Positions 48,515 through 58,231 of a DNA stretch of 64,000 nt are shown one piece after another. The notes below the pieces were generated by a model, which was given only the letters and a program-made list of their open reading frames with translations, searched no databases and was not told the DNA's origin. Made by a program: the position numbers and the translations under genes. Origin of the DNA: an uncultured Eubacterium sp. (GTDB taxonomy: Bacteria; Bacillota; Clostridia; Lachnospirales; Lachnospiraceae); contig URGC01000001.1 of assembly GCA_900547255.1 (NCBI GenBank), positions 308 to 64,307 of the forward strand. The letters run 5' to 3'. How positions within the stretch are numbered: the stretch's first letter is position 1; each line of letters begins with the position of its first letter.

Positions 48515-49162
48515 ATGAAATCGATATTATTAATTGGACTTGGACGATTTGGAAAATTTATCGCCATGAAGCTGCACTCAATGGGCCACCAGGTTATGGC
48601 CGTAGACACGAACGAAGAACGGGTAAACAATGTACTTCCCTATGTTACCAATGCGCAGATTGGGGACAGCACAAATGAGGAATTTCTCGCTTCTTTGGGC
48701 ATCAGCAACTATGACTCCTGCATTGTTGCGATTGGTGACAACTTCCAAAATTCATTGGAAACAGCTTATCTTTTGAAGGAGCTGGGAGCAAAAAAAGTCA
48801 TCGCCCGTGCGTCCCGTGAAATACAGGAAAAATTTCTGCTTCGCAATGGTGCGGATGAAGTGGTGTACCCCGAAAAGCAGTTGGCAGCATGGACAGCGAT
48901 CCGTTGCTCCTCTGAGCATATCCTGGAGTACATTGAGCTGGATGACGAATATTCCATCTTTGAATTGGAAATCCCGGCTGATTGGAAAGGAAAGACCATT
49001 CTCCAGTTGGATATTCGGAAAAAATACGGAATCAATATCCTCGGCATCCGTGAAAATGGAAAGCTGAATATGAGTATTACACCGGATATCGTACTCGGAT
49101 GCAATAAATCAATTCTTGTGTTGGGGCATGAAAAAGCCATTCACAAGTGTTTCCGTATCTAA
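48515..49162 (+). CDS. ktrA: Potassium uptake protein, TrkA/KtrA NAD-binding subunit
   Basis: Rossmann GLGRFG motif, RCK_N plus RCK_C domains. Confidence 0.9.
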   Translation: MKSILLIGLGRFGKFIAMKLHSMGHQVMAVDTNEERVNNVLPYVTNAQIGDSTNEEFLASLGISNYDSCIVAIGDNFQNSLETAYLLKELGAKKVIARASREIQEKFLLRNGADEVVYPEKQLAAWTAIRCSSEHILEYIELDDEYSIFELEIPADWKGKTILQLDIRKKYGINILGIRENGKLNMSITPDIVLGCNKSILVLGHEKAIHKCFRI

Positions 49163-49204
49163 CATATCGGACTTTTATCGTTCTTGGCAGAGGAGGTGTT
49201 TGCG

Positions 49205-49738
49205 ATGAAAGATCTGTTCTTAATTCTAATCCTGTTAGCCACATTTGCATTTGGCTACTATGTTGTAGCAAAATTCGAGGACTTCATCGATGAAAACCAA
49301 CGACGGGTTGCAGATGGAAACCGAAATGGTCGCTGCCACATACATATTGCATCAGAAAATCCGATATTGTTTAATTCCGTTGCATCTGCGTTGGAAAACT
49401 GTTCAGAAGCAGCTCCCTATATTGAGTTTTTCCTCAGCTGCGGTAAAAGAAAATACCTCTTGGATAAGCTTTTGAACGAGAAAATTGATATTCTTCTTTT
49501 ATCGGAGGAATGTTCTGAACAATTAGAGCCGCAATACGCTTATGCCTTGATTCCGTGTGAGGAAAAGGAAGGATATACAACTTCGCTTGGGCTTTCAGTT
49601 GAAAATCTGGATAAGGAAAAATGGATTCGTGTTGTCTGGAAAAAGAGTCTGAAATCCAAAAACCGTGACCGTGTAATTGCGGCATTGGAAATGGAACACT
49701 ACAGACTTAAATGTGGCTATGCCGATTATCTGGATTAA
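49205..49738 (+). CDS. Hypothetical membrane-anchored protein
   Basis: ORF 49184..49738. GAGGAGG precedes ATG 49205. Single N-terminal TM followed by a cytoplasmic domain of unknown function. Confidence 0.4.
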   Translation: MKDLFLILILLATFAFGYYVVAKFEDFIDENQRRVADGNRNGRCHIHIASENPILFNSVASALENCSEAAPYIEFFLSCGKRKYLLDKLLNEKIDILLLSEECSEQLEPQYAYALIPCEEKEGYTTSLGLSVENLDKEKWIRVVWKKSLKSKNRDRVIAALEMEHYRLKCGYADYLD

Positions 49739-49806
49739 ATGTTTACATCTCTCGGTAGAAAAAACGGCTCTGATATGATAAAATTATTTAATCGGAGGTG
49801 AGGATC

Positions 49807-51777
49807 ATGAACAAACAGAATAACATGAACAGCAAGCAGGATCATATCCTCGCATGTCTGTCATCCGCTCCGTCCAATGCAAAAATCATTCGTACCGCCG
49901 CAAGAATGGCAAAGGCCTTTGGCAGCCAGTTTACTGCACTATTCGTGGAAACACCGGATTTTGCTGTGGCTACCGACGAAAACAAAAGGCGATTAGAGGA
50001 AAACCGCAAGCTGGCTGAACAGCTTGGGGCAAATATCGAAACGGTATACGGTGAAGATATTCCGTACCAGATTGCTGAGTTTGCCAGCATCTCCGGTATC
50101 ACACGAATCGTTTTGGGACAAAGCTCCGTTACCCGAAAGCATCTGTTTGGAAAGCCGACACTGACGCAGCTTCTGCTGTCCTATGTGCCGGATATCGATA
50201 TTCATATTATTCCGGACAAAGCAGCGGATACGACCTATCATCCCAAAAAGGCAAGGGAATTCCATCACGAACGAATCGTGAAAAACACCATAAAGAGCGC
50301 TCTGATTCTGTTTGCGGCAACATTGCTCAGCTTGCTGTTTCACAAGATCGGCTTTACCGATGCAAACATTATCATGGTGTATATTCTTGGTGTGTTGCTG
50401 ACATCGGTTGCGACTTCCCATCAGATATACAGTCTGATTTCCTCCATAGCCAGCGTCTTTATCTTTAATTTCCTGTTTACAGTACCCCAGTTCTCGCTGA
50501 CGGCTTACGGCACCGGTTATCCGGTGACCTTCGTCGTAATGTTTTTAACGGCGTACATTACAGGCACATTGGCCATTCGATATAAAGAGCAGGCACGGCA
50601 ATCGGAGAAAATTGCCAAACGCACAAAGATCCTCTTTGATACGGATCAGCTTTTGTCCAGGGCGGAAAACAAAGCTGCCATTCTGCAAACCGCCGGACAG
50701 CAGATCAATAAGCTACTTGGGCGAAATATCATTATTTTTGACCATGAAAATGGGCAATTATCTGAACCGATGCTGTTTCCATTGCAGGGACAGCGGTTTT
50801 ATGATGAGGAAGCAGAACTGGAATCGGCAAACTGGGTTCTTCAGAACAATCACAGTGCCGGGGCTACCACGGAGCGATTCCCGGATGCACAGTATCTGTA
50901 TCTTGCCATTCGTGTCAATAAGCGTGTATATGGTGTCGTGGGCATTGATTCCATGGCAGGGGCTTTGGATGCATCGGAGCATAGCATCCTGTTGTCCATT
51001 CTTGGTGAAGTGGCGCTGGCCTTGGAAAACGAGAAAAACGCCAGAGAAAAAGAAGCTGCGGCAGTTCTGGCAGAGAGTGAACAGCTTAGAGCCAATCTGC
51101 TGCGAACCATTTCCCACGACTTACGTACTCCGCTGACAACCATTTCCGGCAATGCCGGCAATCTTCTACACAACAGCCACAGCTTTGACGAAGAAACCAA
51201 ACAGCAGATTTATGGGGATATTTATGATGACGCCATGTGGCTGACCAATCTGGTGGAAAACCTTCTCTATTCCACCCGCATTGAGGAAGGCCGCATGGTG
51301 CTGAAAACTTCTCCGGAGTTAGTTTCTGAAATCATTGAAGAAGCGATGCAGCACATTCGTCCCAAGGCCAAAACCCATTCCGTCACCGTTGTTTGCGAGG
51401 ATGATTTCCTGCTGGTGGAGGCAGATGCGAAGCTGATCGTGCAGGTCATCATCAATCTTGTGGACAATGCGTTAAAATATACTCCTGCCGGTGCTTCTAT
51501 TTCTATAAACGCAGAACGCAAAGAAAGCGTGGCAGAAATAAACATCACTGATAACGGGAATGGAATCAGTGATGCTGAAAAAGAAAAAATCTTTGATAAA
51601 TTCTATTGCGGCGAACATAAAATAGCGGATAATCGCCGCAGCCTCGGGTTGGGACTTTATCTATGTAAGACTATTGTCGAAGCACACGGAGGAACCATCT
51701 GTGTCACAGATAAACAGCCCCATGGTGCTGTTTTCACCTTTACCCTTCCGCTGGAGGAGGTTACTTACCATGAGTAA
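49807..51777 (+). CDS. KdpD-like sensor histidine kinase lacking the N-terminal KdpD sensing domain (USP-TM-GAF-HisKA-HATPase)
   Basis: GGAGG precedes ATG 49807. USP-like N-terminus. H-box HDLRTPL. N, G1 and G2 boxes present. Confidence 0.8.
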   Translation: MNKQNNMNSKQDHILACLSSAPSNAKIIRTAARMAKAFGSQFTALFVETPDFAVATDENKRRLEENRKLAEQLGANIETVYGEDIPYQIAEFASISGITRIVLGQSSVTRKHLFGKPTLTQLLLSYVPDIDIHIIPDKAADTTYHPKKAREFHHERIVKNTIKSALILFAATLLSLLFHKIGFTDANIIMVYILGVLLTSVATSHQIYSLISSIASVFIFNFLFTVPQFSLTAYGTGYPVTFVVMFLTAYITGTLAIRYKEQARQSEKIAKRTKILFDTDQLLSRAENKAAILQTAGQQINKLLGRNIIIFDHENGQLSEPMLFPLQGQRFYDEEAELESANWVLQNNHSAGATTERFPDAQYLYLAIRVNKRVYGVVGIDSMAGALDASEHSILLSILGEVALALENEKNAREKEAAAVLAESEQLRANLLRTISHDLRTPLTTISGNAGNLLHNSHSFDEETKQQIYGDIYDDAMWLTNLVENLLYSTRIEEGRMVLKTSPELVSEIIEEAMQHIRPKAKTHSVTVVCEDDFLLVEADAKLIVQVIINLVDNALKYTPAGASISINAERKESVAEINITDNGNGISDAEKEKIFDKFYCGEHKIADNRRSLGLGLYLCKTIVEAHGGTICVTDKQPHGAVFTFTLPLEEVTYHE

Positions 51778-52471
51778 ATTTCAAATATTGGTGGTTGAGG
51801 ATGACGCACCTGTGCGAAATCTGATCACCACCACACTAAAAGCCAATGACTATCGATTTATCACAGCCGGAAGCGGCGAAGGGGCTGTGGCGGAAGCAGC
51901 ATCCCACAATCCTGATATTGTTTTGCTGGACTTGGGGCTGCCGGATATTGACGGCGTAGAAGTGATCCGCCGTATTAGAAGCTGGTCCAATATGCCGATT
52001 ATTGTCATCAGCGCACGAGCCGAAGATAGCGATAAGATTGAAGCACTGGATGCCGGTGCGGACGACTATCTGACAAAACCATTTTCCGTAGAGGAGCTGC
52101 TGGCTCGTCTGCGAGTGACCCAGCGCCGTCTTGCTTTGATGAAAAATACCAATAATGAGCAGGCATTCTATCAAAATGGGCTGCTCCGCATTGACTATTC
52201 CCTGGGCTGCGCTTATCTGGGCGGCGATGAGTTGTCTCTGACCGCTATGGAATATAAGCTGCTTTGCCTGTTTGCACGAAACACTGGCAGAGTGCTTACA
52301 CACAAATACATCCTGCAAAATGTATGGGGCAGCAGTTGGGAAAACGATATTGGAACGCTGCGTGTATTTATGGCAACGCTGCGTAAAAAGCTGGAGAAGG
52401 CACCCGGCTCTCCACAATACATCCAGACGCATATTGGGGTAGGCTATCGGATGCAGAAAACCGATGAATAA
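51770..52471 (+). CDS. kdpE: OmpR-family response regulator (KdpE-like)
   Basis: ORF 51674..52471. GGAGGAGG precedes ATG 51770, which overlaps the kinase stop. REC plus winged-helix domains. Confidence 0.9.
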   Translation: MSKFQILVVEDDAPVRNLITTTLKANDYRFITAGSGEGAVAEAASHNPDIVLLDLGLPDIDGVEVIRRIRSWSNMPIIVISARAEDSDKIEALDAGADDYLTKPFSVEELLARLRVTQRRLALMKNTNNEQAFYQNGLLRIDYSLGCAYLGGDELSLTAMEYKLLCLFARNTGRVLTHKYILQNVWGSSWENDIGTLRVFMATLRKKLEKAPGSPQYIQTHIGVGYRMQKTDE

Positions 52472-52546
52472 TGATGGCACACTCAATGAGAATTTCACAG
52501 AAGAAATGGCTCGTTCATACATGAGAGACCTTCTCCCTGGGCATTA

Positions 52547-53566
52547 TTATTTAATTGTAATCTCCTCCACAGCACTTATATTGCTGAGTGTTGGAACACG
52601 GTATAAAGATACGTTATCTTCATAATACTGGAAGAATGTATACTGTGATGTGCAGTACACGCCCTTGATATTACCTGTTGCTACGTATTCAAGGTTGGAG
52701 CCGTCAAGGTTAGAACGGTAAAGTCCCGGATTAGCTCCGCCCTCAACGAGAATGAATATCTTGTTACCGTATCTGTTAAAATTAATTACCTTTGCATTAT
52801 TAGCAGAATAAATAATTTCAAGTGTTTTGTTAGATGTATTAAGTCTTACAAGTGAGTATTTCTTGCTTATATCAATGTAATAGATATAACTGCCATCAAC
52901 ATCGACTATATATGCATTGGCATCATATACAAGTGTTGACCTGCCAGTCGATGTGTCATAAGCATATATATTATTTTTCTTAGTGCTGTCTGCATAATAA
53001 ATCTTGCCGCCATTGACACATGAAGGATTAATTACAGCGTCAGATATGCATGACTCGTCAGATTTATCAATCTTGATTCTGTATGTAGTTGCATTAACAT
53101 CATCTGAATAGTGCTGGTAGTATACATAGTTACCACTGACTGCTGCGATGCCAGCCTTTTCTTTATACAGGTCAAGCTCATTTTTACCATCGAAGTCTGT
53201 TCTCAAAACTCCGAATAACTGTGAACGGTTGCCTTCCTCAACAGCCTGCCTTGAGAAATTGTTCTTAACATAATAAATGTATTTGCCGCACACATTGATT
53301 GAACTTGCTGTATTGTTGCTCAACTGGCTTGCATTCGTGCAATCCGAATCCATGAAATATAATTTACCAGAATCGTTAGGATTAGAGAAATATATCTTTC
53401 CGTCATATTCACAGAACTTGCCGCCATTGTTAAGATTGCCGGTAGTATTTCCAATCGCATTCTTATTGTTCAGCTCGAATTTGTGAGCTTTGTAATAATA
53501 AAATCCACCGCCACCGACAGCTATAACCAGTATTATAGGAATAAATATCTTAAGAAATGTTTTCAT
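52547..53566 (-). CDS. Membrane-anchored beta-propeller-like protein (DUF5050-like, YY/Y-rich repeats)
   Basis: N-terminal TM, GGGG linker and repeated ...IYY.D... blades. Confidence 0.5.
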   Translation of the reverse strand: MKTFLKIFIPIILVIAVGGGGFYYYKAHKFELNNKNAIGNTTGNLNNGGKFCEYDGKIYFSNPNDSGKLYFMDSDCTNASQLSNNTASSINVCGKYIYYVKNNFSRQAVEEGNRSQLFGVLRTDFDGKNELDLYKEKAGIAAVSGNYVYYQHYSDDVNATTYRIKIDKSDESCISDAVINPSCVNGGKIYYADSTKKNNIYAYDTSTGRSTLVYDANAYIVDVDGSYIYYIDISKKYSLVRLNTSNKTLEIIYSANNAKVINFNRYGNKIFILVEGGANPGLYRSNLDGSNLEYVATGNIKGVYCTSQYTFFQYYEDNVSLYRVPTLSNISAVEEITIK

Positions 53567-53852
53567 ATAACCGAATAACCCCTTTCAGTATGCTATGCAT
53601 AATTGACCAGCATTTAGTCATGCCACATACCACATATATTTATATGGAGATTATAATATACTATTTTGATATAGTCAAAATGAATTGAGTTAAAGATGAA
53701 CTTGAAGAAGCCACAGGCTACAAATATAAGCGTAGAAGATATAGAAAAAAATATTAATCAGGGAGGACAATAAAATCTGTACATTTTATAGTGTACTACA
53801 AAAAAATTTATGATATACTGTAAAAAGTATGAGTACTGCCCGGAGGAAAATT

Positions 53853-54983
53853 ATGTTAGATTTGAATGTTATCAGAGAGAATATTGATGGGATAGACAAG
53901 CAGCTTGTTGAGCTTTTTGAGGAGAGAATGAGGCTTTGCGAGGAAGTTGCAGACTATAAGATAGAGACAGGCAAGAAGGTTCTTGACCCGGCAAGAGAGA
54001 AGCAGAAGCTTGAGGCTATAAGCAGTCTTGTTAAGAATCCAGCTAATAAACATGCAATCAATGACATGTTTTCACAGATAATGGCAACTTCAAGAAAGAT
54101 GCAGTATAAGAAGCTAGAAGAGACAACACAGACACTTCGCGAGCCATATGAGGCTATTGACGAGATAGATAAGGTTAACTGTAAGGTTGTGTATCAGGGA
54201 GTACCTGGTGCATACAGCTATATCGCCATGACAAGATTCTTTGGCAAAGAAGTAAACAACTTCCATGTTCCGACATGGAGAGATGCGATGGAGGCTGTTA
54301 AGAATGGTGAAGCTGATTATGCAGTTCTTCCAATTGAGAATTCAACAGCCGGAATAGTTGCTGATGTGTACGACCTTTTACAGGAATATAACAATTACAT
54401 AATAGCAGAGACATATGTAAAAGTTGAGCATGCACTTATGGGACTTCCGGGAACAGATATAAGTAAGATTACTACAGTGTATTCACATCCACAGGGACTT
54501 ATGCAGTGTGATAGATATCTGTCAAAGCATAAGGACTGGCAGCAGATAAGCCAGTCTAACACAGCGGGAAGTGCCAAGAAGATTCTTGAAGAAAAAGACC
54601 CTACACATGTTGCAATCGCAAGTAAAGAGGCAGCAGAGGTATATGGTCTTGAGGTTTTACAGGAGAAGATTAACGATTACGATAACAATACAACAAGATT
54701 TGTAATTGTTACTAATACAAGAAAGTTTGTTAAGGGTGCCAAGAAGATGAGCATTGTATTTGAGACACCTAATGAAGCAGGTACTTTGTACAATCTTTTA
54801 AGCCATATCATATATAACGGACTTAATATGAACAAGATTGAGTCAAGGCCAATAGAGGGAGAAAACTGGAATTACAGATTTTTCGTGGATTTTGAAGGCA
54901 ACATTGATGATGCGCCAGTTATGAATGCATTGAGAGGTATTCAGGAAGAGGCACTTTCAATCAAGCTTCTTGGTAATTATTAA
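53853..54983 (+). CDS. pheA: Bifunctional chorismate mutase / prephenate dehydratase
   Basis: ORF 53829..54983. GGAGG precedes ATG 53853. CM_2 N-terminal domain, PDT and C-terminal ACT. Confidence 0.85.
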   Translation: MLDLNVIRENIDGIDKQLVELFEERMRLCEEVADYKIETGKKVLDPAREKQKLEAISSLVKNPANKHAINDMFSQIMATSRKMQYKKLEETTQTLREPYEAIDEIDKVNCKVVYQGVPGAYSYIAMTRFFGKEVNNFHVPTWRDAMEAVKNGEADYAVLPIENSTAGIVADVYDLLQEYNNYIIAETYVKVEHALMGLPGTDISKITTVYSHPQGLMQCDRYLSKHKDWQQISQSNTAGSAKKILEEKDPTHVAIASKEAAEVYGLEVLQEKINDYDNNTTRFVIVTNTRKFVKGAKKMSIVFETPNEAGTLYNLLSHIIYNGLNMNKIESRPIEGENWNYRFFVDFEGNIDDAPVMNALRGIQEEALSIKLLGNY

Positions 54984-55105
54984 TCAATATTTGTATACAG
55001 GTTTTACTGTTGCATATCTGCATAGAGGCAGATTCTGGCTAATGGTAAAAAGTCCGCAGGGATTTTTTATATAAAACACTAAAATTAGAGAGAGGATTTT
55101 GATTT

Positions 55106-55819
55106 ATGGAAATTAAGTCACTTGCAAATGAATTATCTGGTTGCGATTATCCTGGAAGAGGAATAGTTATCGGTAAATCAGAGGATGGAACTAAGGCAGT
55201 TACAGCTTATTTTATCATGGGGAGAAGCGAGAACAGCCGTAACAGAGTGTTTGTTGAAGATGGTGAGGGAATAAGAACAGAGGCTTTTGATCCTTCTAAG
55301 TTAAGCGACCCAAGTCTTATTATATATGCACCAGTCAGAGTCCTTGGAGACAAAACAATCGTTACTAATGGTGACCAGACAGATACAGTGTATGACCTTA
55401 TGAAAGAGGGCAAGACATTTGAGGAGTCTTTAAGAACAAGAGAATTTGAGCCAGATGGTCCTAACTATACACCAAGAATATCAGGCCTTATGACAATTGC
55501 AGATGGTTCATATGATTATGCTATGTCAATACTTAAGAGCCATAATGGTAATCCAGACCAGTGCGACAGATTTACATTTACATATGATGCACCTATAGCT
55601 GGTGAGGGACATTTCATTCACACATATATGAATGATGGCAATCCGCTTCCAAGCTATGAAGGTGAGCCAACATGGGTTAAGATATCAGGTGATATTGATA
55701 CATTTACAGATATGATATGGAACAATCTTAATGCAGATAACAAGGTATCATTATTTGTAAGATATATTGATATTGCAACTGGAAAGACAGAGACAAGAAT
55801 TATCAATAAGAATAAGTAA
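55106..55819 (+). CDS. purO: Archaeal-type IMP cyclohydrolase (PurO family)
   Basis: Aligns with M. jannaschii PurO blocks ([24 protein letters not shown] ~ [32 protein letters not shown] ~ LNTPRIAA). Confidence 0.7.
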   Translation: [237 protein letters not shown]

Positions 55820-55866
55820 TTTGATCATAGGATAACATATTATTTACGATAAGAAAGGATAAGACA

Positions 55867-57048
55867 ATGAACGAATTTCAGTTAAAGTATGGATGTAACC
55901 CTAACCAGAAGCCTGCCAGAATATTCATGGCAGATGGAAGTGATCTTCCAGTTGAGGTTTTAAATGGCAGACCAGGATATATCAACTTCCTCGATGCGTT
56001 CAACGGATATCAGCTTGTAGCAGAGCTTAAGCGTGCAACAGGACTTCCAGCAGCAACATCATTCAAGCATGTATCTCCAGCAGGTGCAGCAGTAGGTCTT
56101 CCACTCTCAGATGTTGAGAAGAAGATATACTGGGTTGATGAGGCAATTGGGGAACTTTCACCACTTGCGTGTGCATATGCAAGAGCAAGAGGTGCTGACA
56201 GAATGTCTTCATTCGGCGATTTCATATCTCTTTCAGATGTGTGTGATGTGGCAACAGCCAAGCTTATACAGCATGAGGTTTCAGATGGTATCATAGCTCC
56301 AGGTTATGATGATGAAGCTTTAGAGATATTAAAGTCTAAGAAGAAGGGCAATTATAATATTATCAAGATTGACCCAGCTTACAAGCCAGAACCAATTGAG
56401 AGAAAGCAGGTATTTGGTGTGACATTTGAGCAGGGAAGAAATGAATTTGTTATCAACGAAGAACTTCTCTCTAACATGGTTACAGAGAATAAAGAATTCA
56501 CTAAGCAGGCAAAGATTGACCTTATCATTGCGCTTATCACATTAAAGTATACACAGTCTAATTCAGTATGCTACGCTAAGAATGGACAGGCTATCGGTAT
56601 CGGTGCAGGACAGCAGTCAAGAATTCACTGTACAAGACTTGCCGGACAGAAGGCTGATAACTGGTATCTCCGTCAGAATCCTAAAGTTCTTGCACTTCCA
56701 TTCAAAGAAAATGTTGGACGTGCAGACAGAGATAATGCAATTGATTTATATATCGGTGACGAATATGAAGATATTCTTGCAGATGGCAATTGGGAAAGAG
56801 TATTTACAAGCAAGCCAGAAGTATTCACTAAGGAAGAGAAGAGAGCATGGCTTGATGGTAATACAGATGTAGCCCTTGGCTCAGATGCATTCTTCCCATT
56901 TGGAGATAATATTGAGAGAGCATTTAAGAGTGGTGTTAAATATATTGCACAGCCAGGCGGCTCAATAAGAGACGATAATGTTATTGAGGCATGCAATAAG
57001 CATAATATTGCTATGTGCTTTACAGGAATGAGATTATTCCATCATTAA
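55867..57048 (+). CDS. purH: Stand-alone AICAR transformylase domain protein (PurH C-terminal domain only, no MGS/IMPCH domain)
   Basis: AICARFT motifs (KHVSPAGAAVG, C-terminal ...FFPF.D.I). Only 393 aa and lacks the N-terminal cyclohydrolase domain. Confidence 0.75.
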   Translation: MNEFQLKYGCNPNQKPARIFMADGSDLPVEVLNGRPGYINFLDAFNGYQLVAELKRATGLPAATSFKHVSPAGAAVGLPLSDVEKKIYWVDEAIGELSPLACAYARARGADRMSSFGDFISLSDVCDVATAKLIQHEVSDGIIAPGYDDEALEILKSKKKGNYNIIKIDPAYKPEPIERKQVFGVTFEQGRNEFVINEELLSNMVTENKEFTKQAKIDLIIALITLKYTQSNSVCYAKNGQAIGIGAGQQSRIHCTRLAGQKADNWYLRQNPKVLALPFKENVGRADRDNAIDLYIGDEYEDILADGNWERVFTSKPEVFTKEEKRAWLDGNTDVALGSDAFFPFGDNIERAFKSGVKYIAQPGGSIRDDNVIEACNKHNIAMCFTGMRLFHH

Positions 57049-57078
57049 TCTATTGAAATTTTACTGCCGGCAAGAGGC

Positions 57079-57297
57079 GGCTCCCCGCATGGTACAGTGT
57101 GCTGTAATTACCTGCTGGGTTTCCTTGTCTAGTGCCTCTAAGCACGGCACGACAAAGCTTTATTCAAGCCGTCTGCTAAAAACGCACTTCGTTTGGACGT
57201 TTAGCAGACGGCTTATGCTTTGTCTAACACCGCGCTAAGAGACACACGACAAGTCAACATGCAGGTAATTACAGCACACTGTACCCTGCGGGGAGCC
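57079..57297. repeat. Copy 2 of the ~220-bp structured palindromic intergenic element
   Basis: Outer 37-bp inverted repeat (57079-57115 / 57261-57297), unrelated in sequence to copy 1, encloses a core ~85% identical to copy 1. Confidence 0.7.
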
Positions 57298-57328
57298 GGA
57301 TGCTAAAGGTGTAAGCTTCAATGATGTA

Positions 57329-58183
57329 ATGATGGGGATGGAGGTAATGATGGTTATGAAGTGTTCGTTAATTGCGTTTGATTTGGATGGGACGCTGCTT
57401 AATGGAGATGGACATTTGTCAGAGGCTAACAGGAGTGCTTTGATGGATGCAATGGATAAGGGGATTCATGTGTGTATATGTACAGGGAGAGCGTATAATA
57501 CCATTCCAGAGGAATTACTTGGATTTCCGGGGATTGAATATGCGGTTGCCAATAATGGATCATCGGTTTATAGGATTAAGGATGGGTGTAAGCTCAATGG
57601 GCTGTATATTAATAGTGCCTCTGTTGAAAGGATTATTGAGGTTACATCAGATATGGGTGTGGCTTATGAGGCATTTGTTGATGGAGAGGCTTATGCTGGA
57701 AGAGAGTATATAGATGACCCTGTAAGATTTGGAGCTACACAGAAGGCAATTGAATATGTTCAGAAAACCAGAAAGCCAGTTAATTACATTGTTGAATTCA
57801 TATCTGAACATAAGAATGAACTTGAGAGCATGGATATAGTGGTGCCTGGCGAGGATAAGAAAGCCGATATTATATCAAGAATAAAGCAGGTTACAGAGGA
57901 TGTCTATATAACAAGTTCAGTTAAGCAGCTTATTGAGATATCTAATATAGATGGTGGCAAGAGTACAGGACTTAAGTTCCTTGCTGGATATCTTGGCGTG
58001 GAGCGCGAAAATATAGCTGCATTTGGTGACGCTGATAATGACATTGACATGCTCGAATATGCAGGCTGTGGAATAGCAATGGATAATGCAGCCGATAATC
58101 TTAAAGCAGTTGCTGATTATGTGACGACGCATCACAATGATGATGGGGTTGCGTATGCATTTAAAAATATCCTTTGCATATGA
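57329..58183 (+). CDS. Cof-type HAD-IIB family hydrolase
   Basis: FDLDGTLL motif I and a C-terminal GDADND motif. The true start is probably ATG 57350 or 57356, after GGAGG at 57340-57344. Confidence 0.8.
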   Translation: MMGMEVMMVMKCSLIAFDLDGTLLNGDGHLSEANRSALMDAMDKGIHVCICTGRAYNTIPEELLGFPGIEYAVANNGSSVYRIKDGCKLNGLYINSASVERIIEVTSDMGVAYEAFVDGEAYAGREYIDDPVRFGATQKAIEYVQKTRKPVNYIVEFISEHKNELESMDIVVPGEDKKADIISRIKQVTEDVYITSSVKQLIEISNIDGGKSTGLKFLAGYLGVERENIAAFGDADNDIDMLEYAGCGIAMDNAADNLKAVADYVTTHHNDDGVAYAFKNILCI

Positions 58184-58231
58184 TTATGTGATATATGCAA
58201 AGGATAAAATTGATATTTTCTGTATATGATG

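Noticed and set aside
57053-57238. 61-aa ORF spanning the palindromic element copy 2
   Set aside because: The homologous frame in copy 1 is interrupted by stops. There is no RBS. The sequence is better explained as a structured non-coding element.
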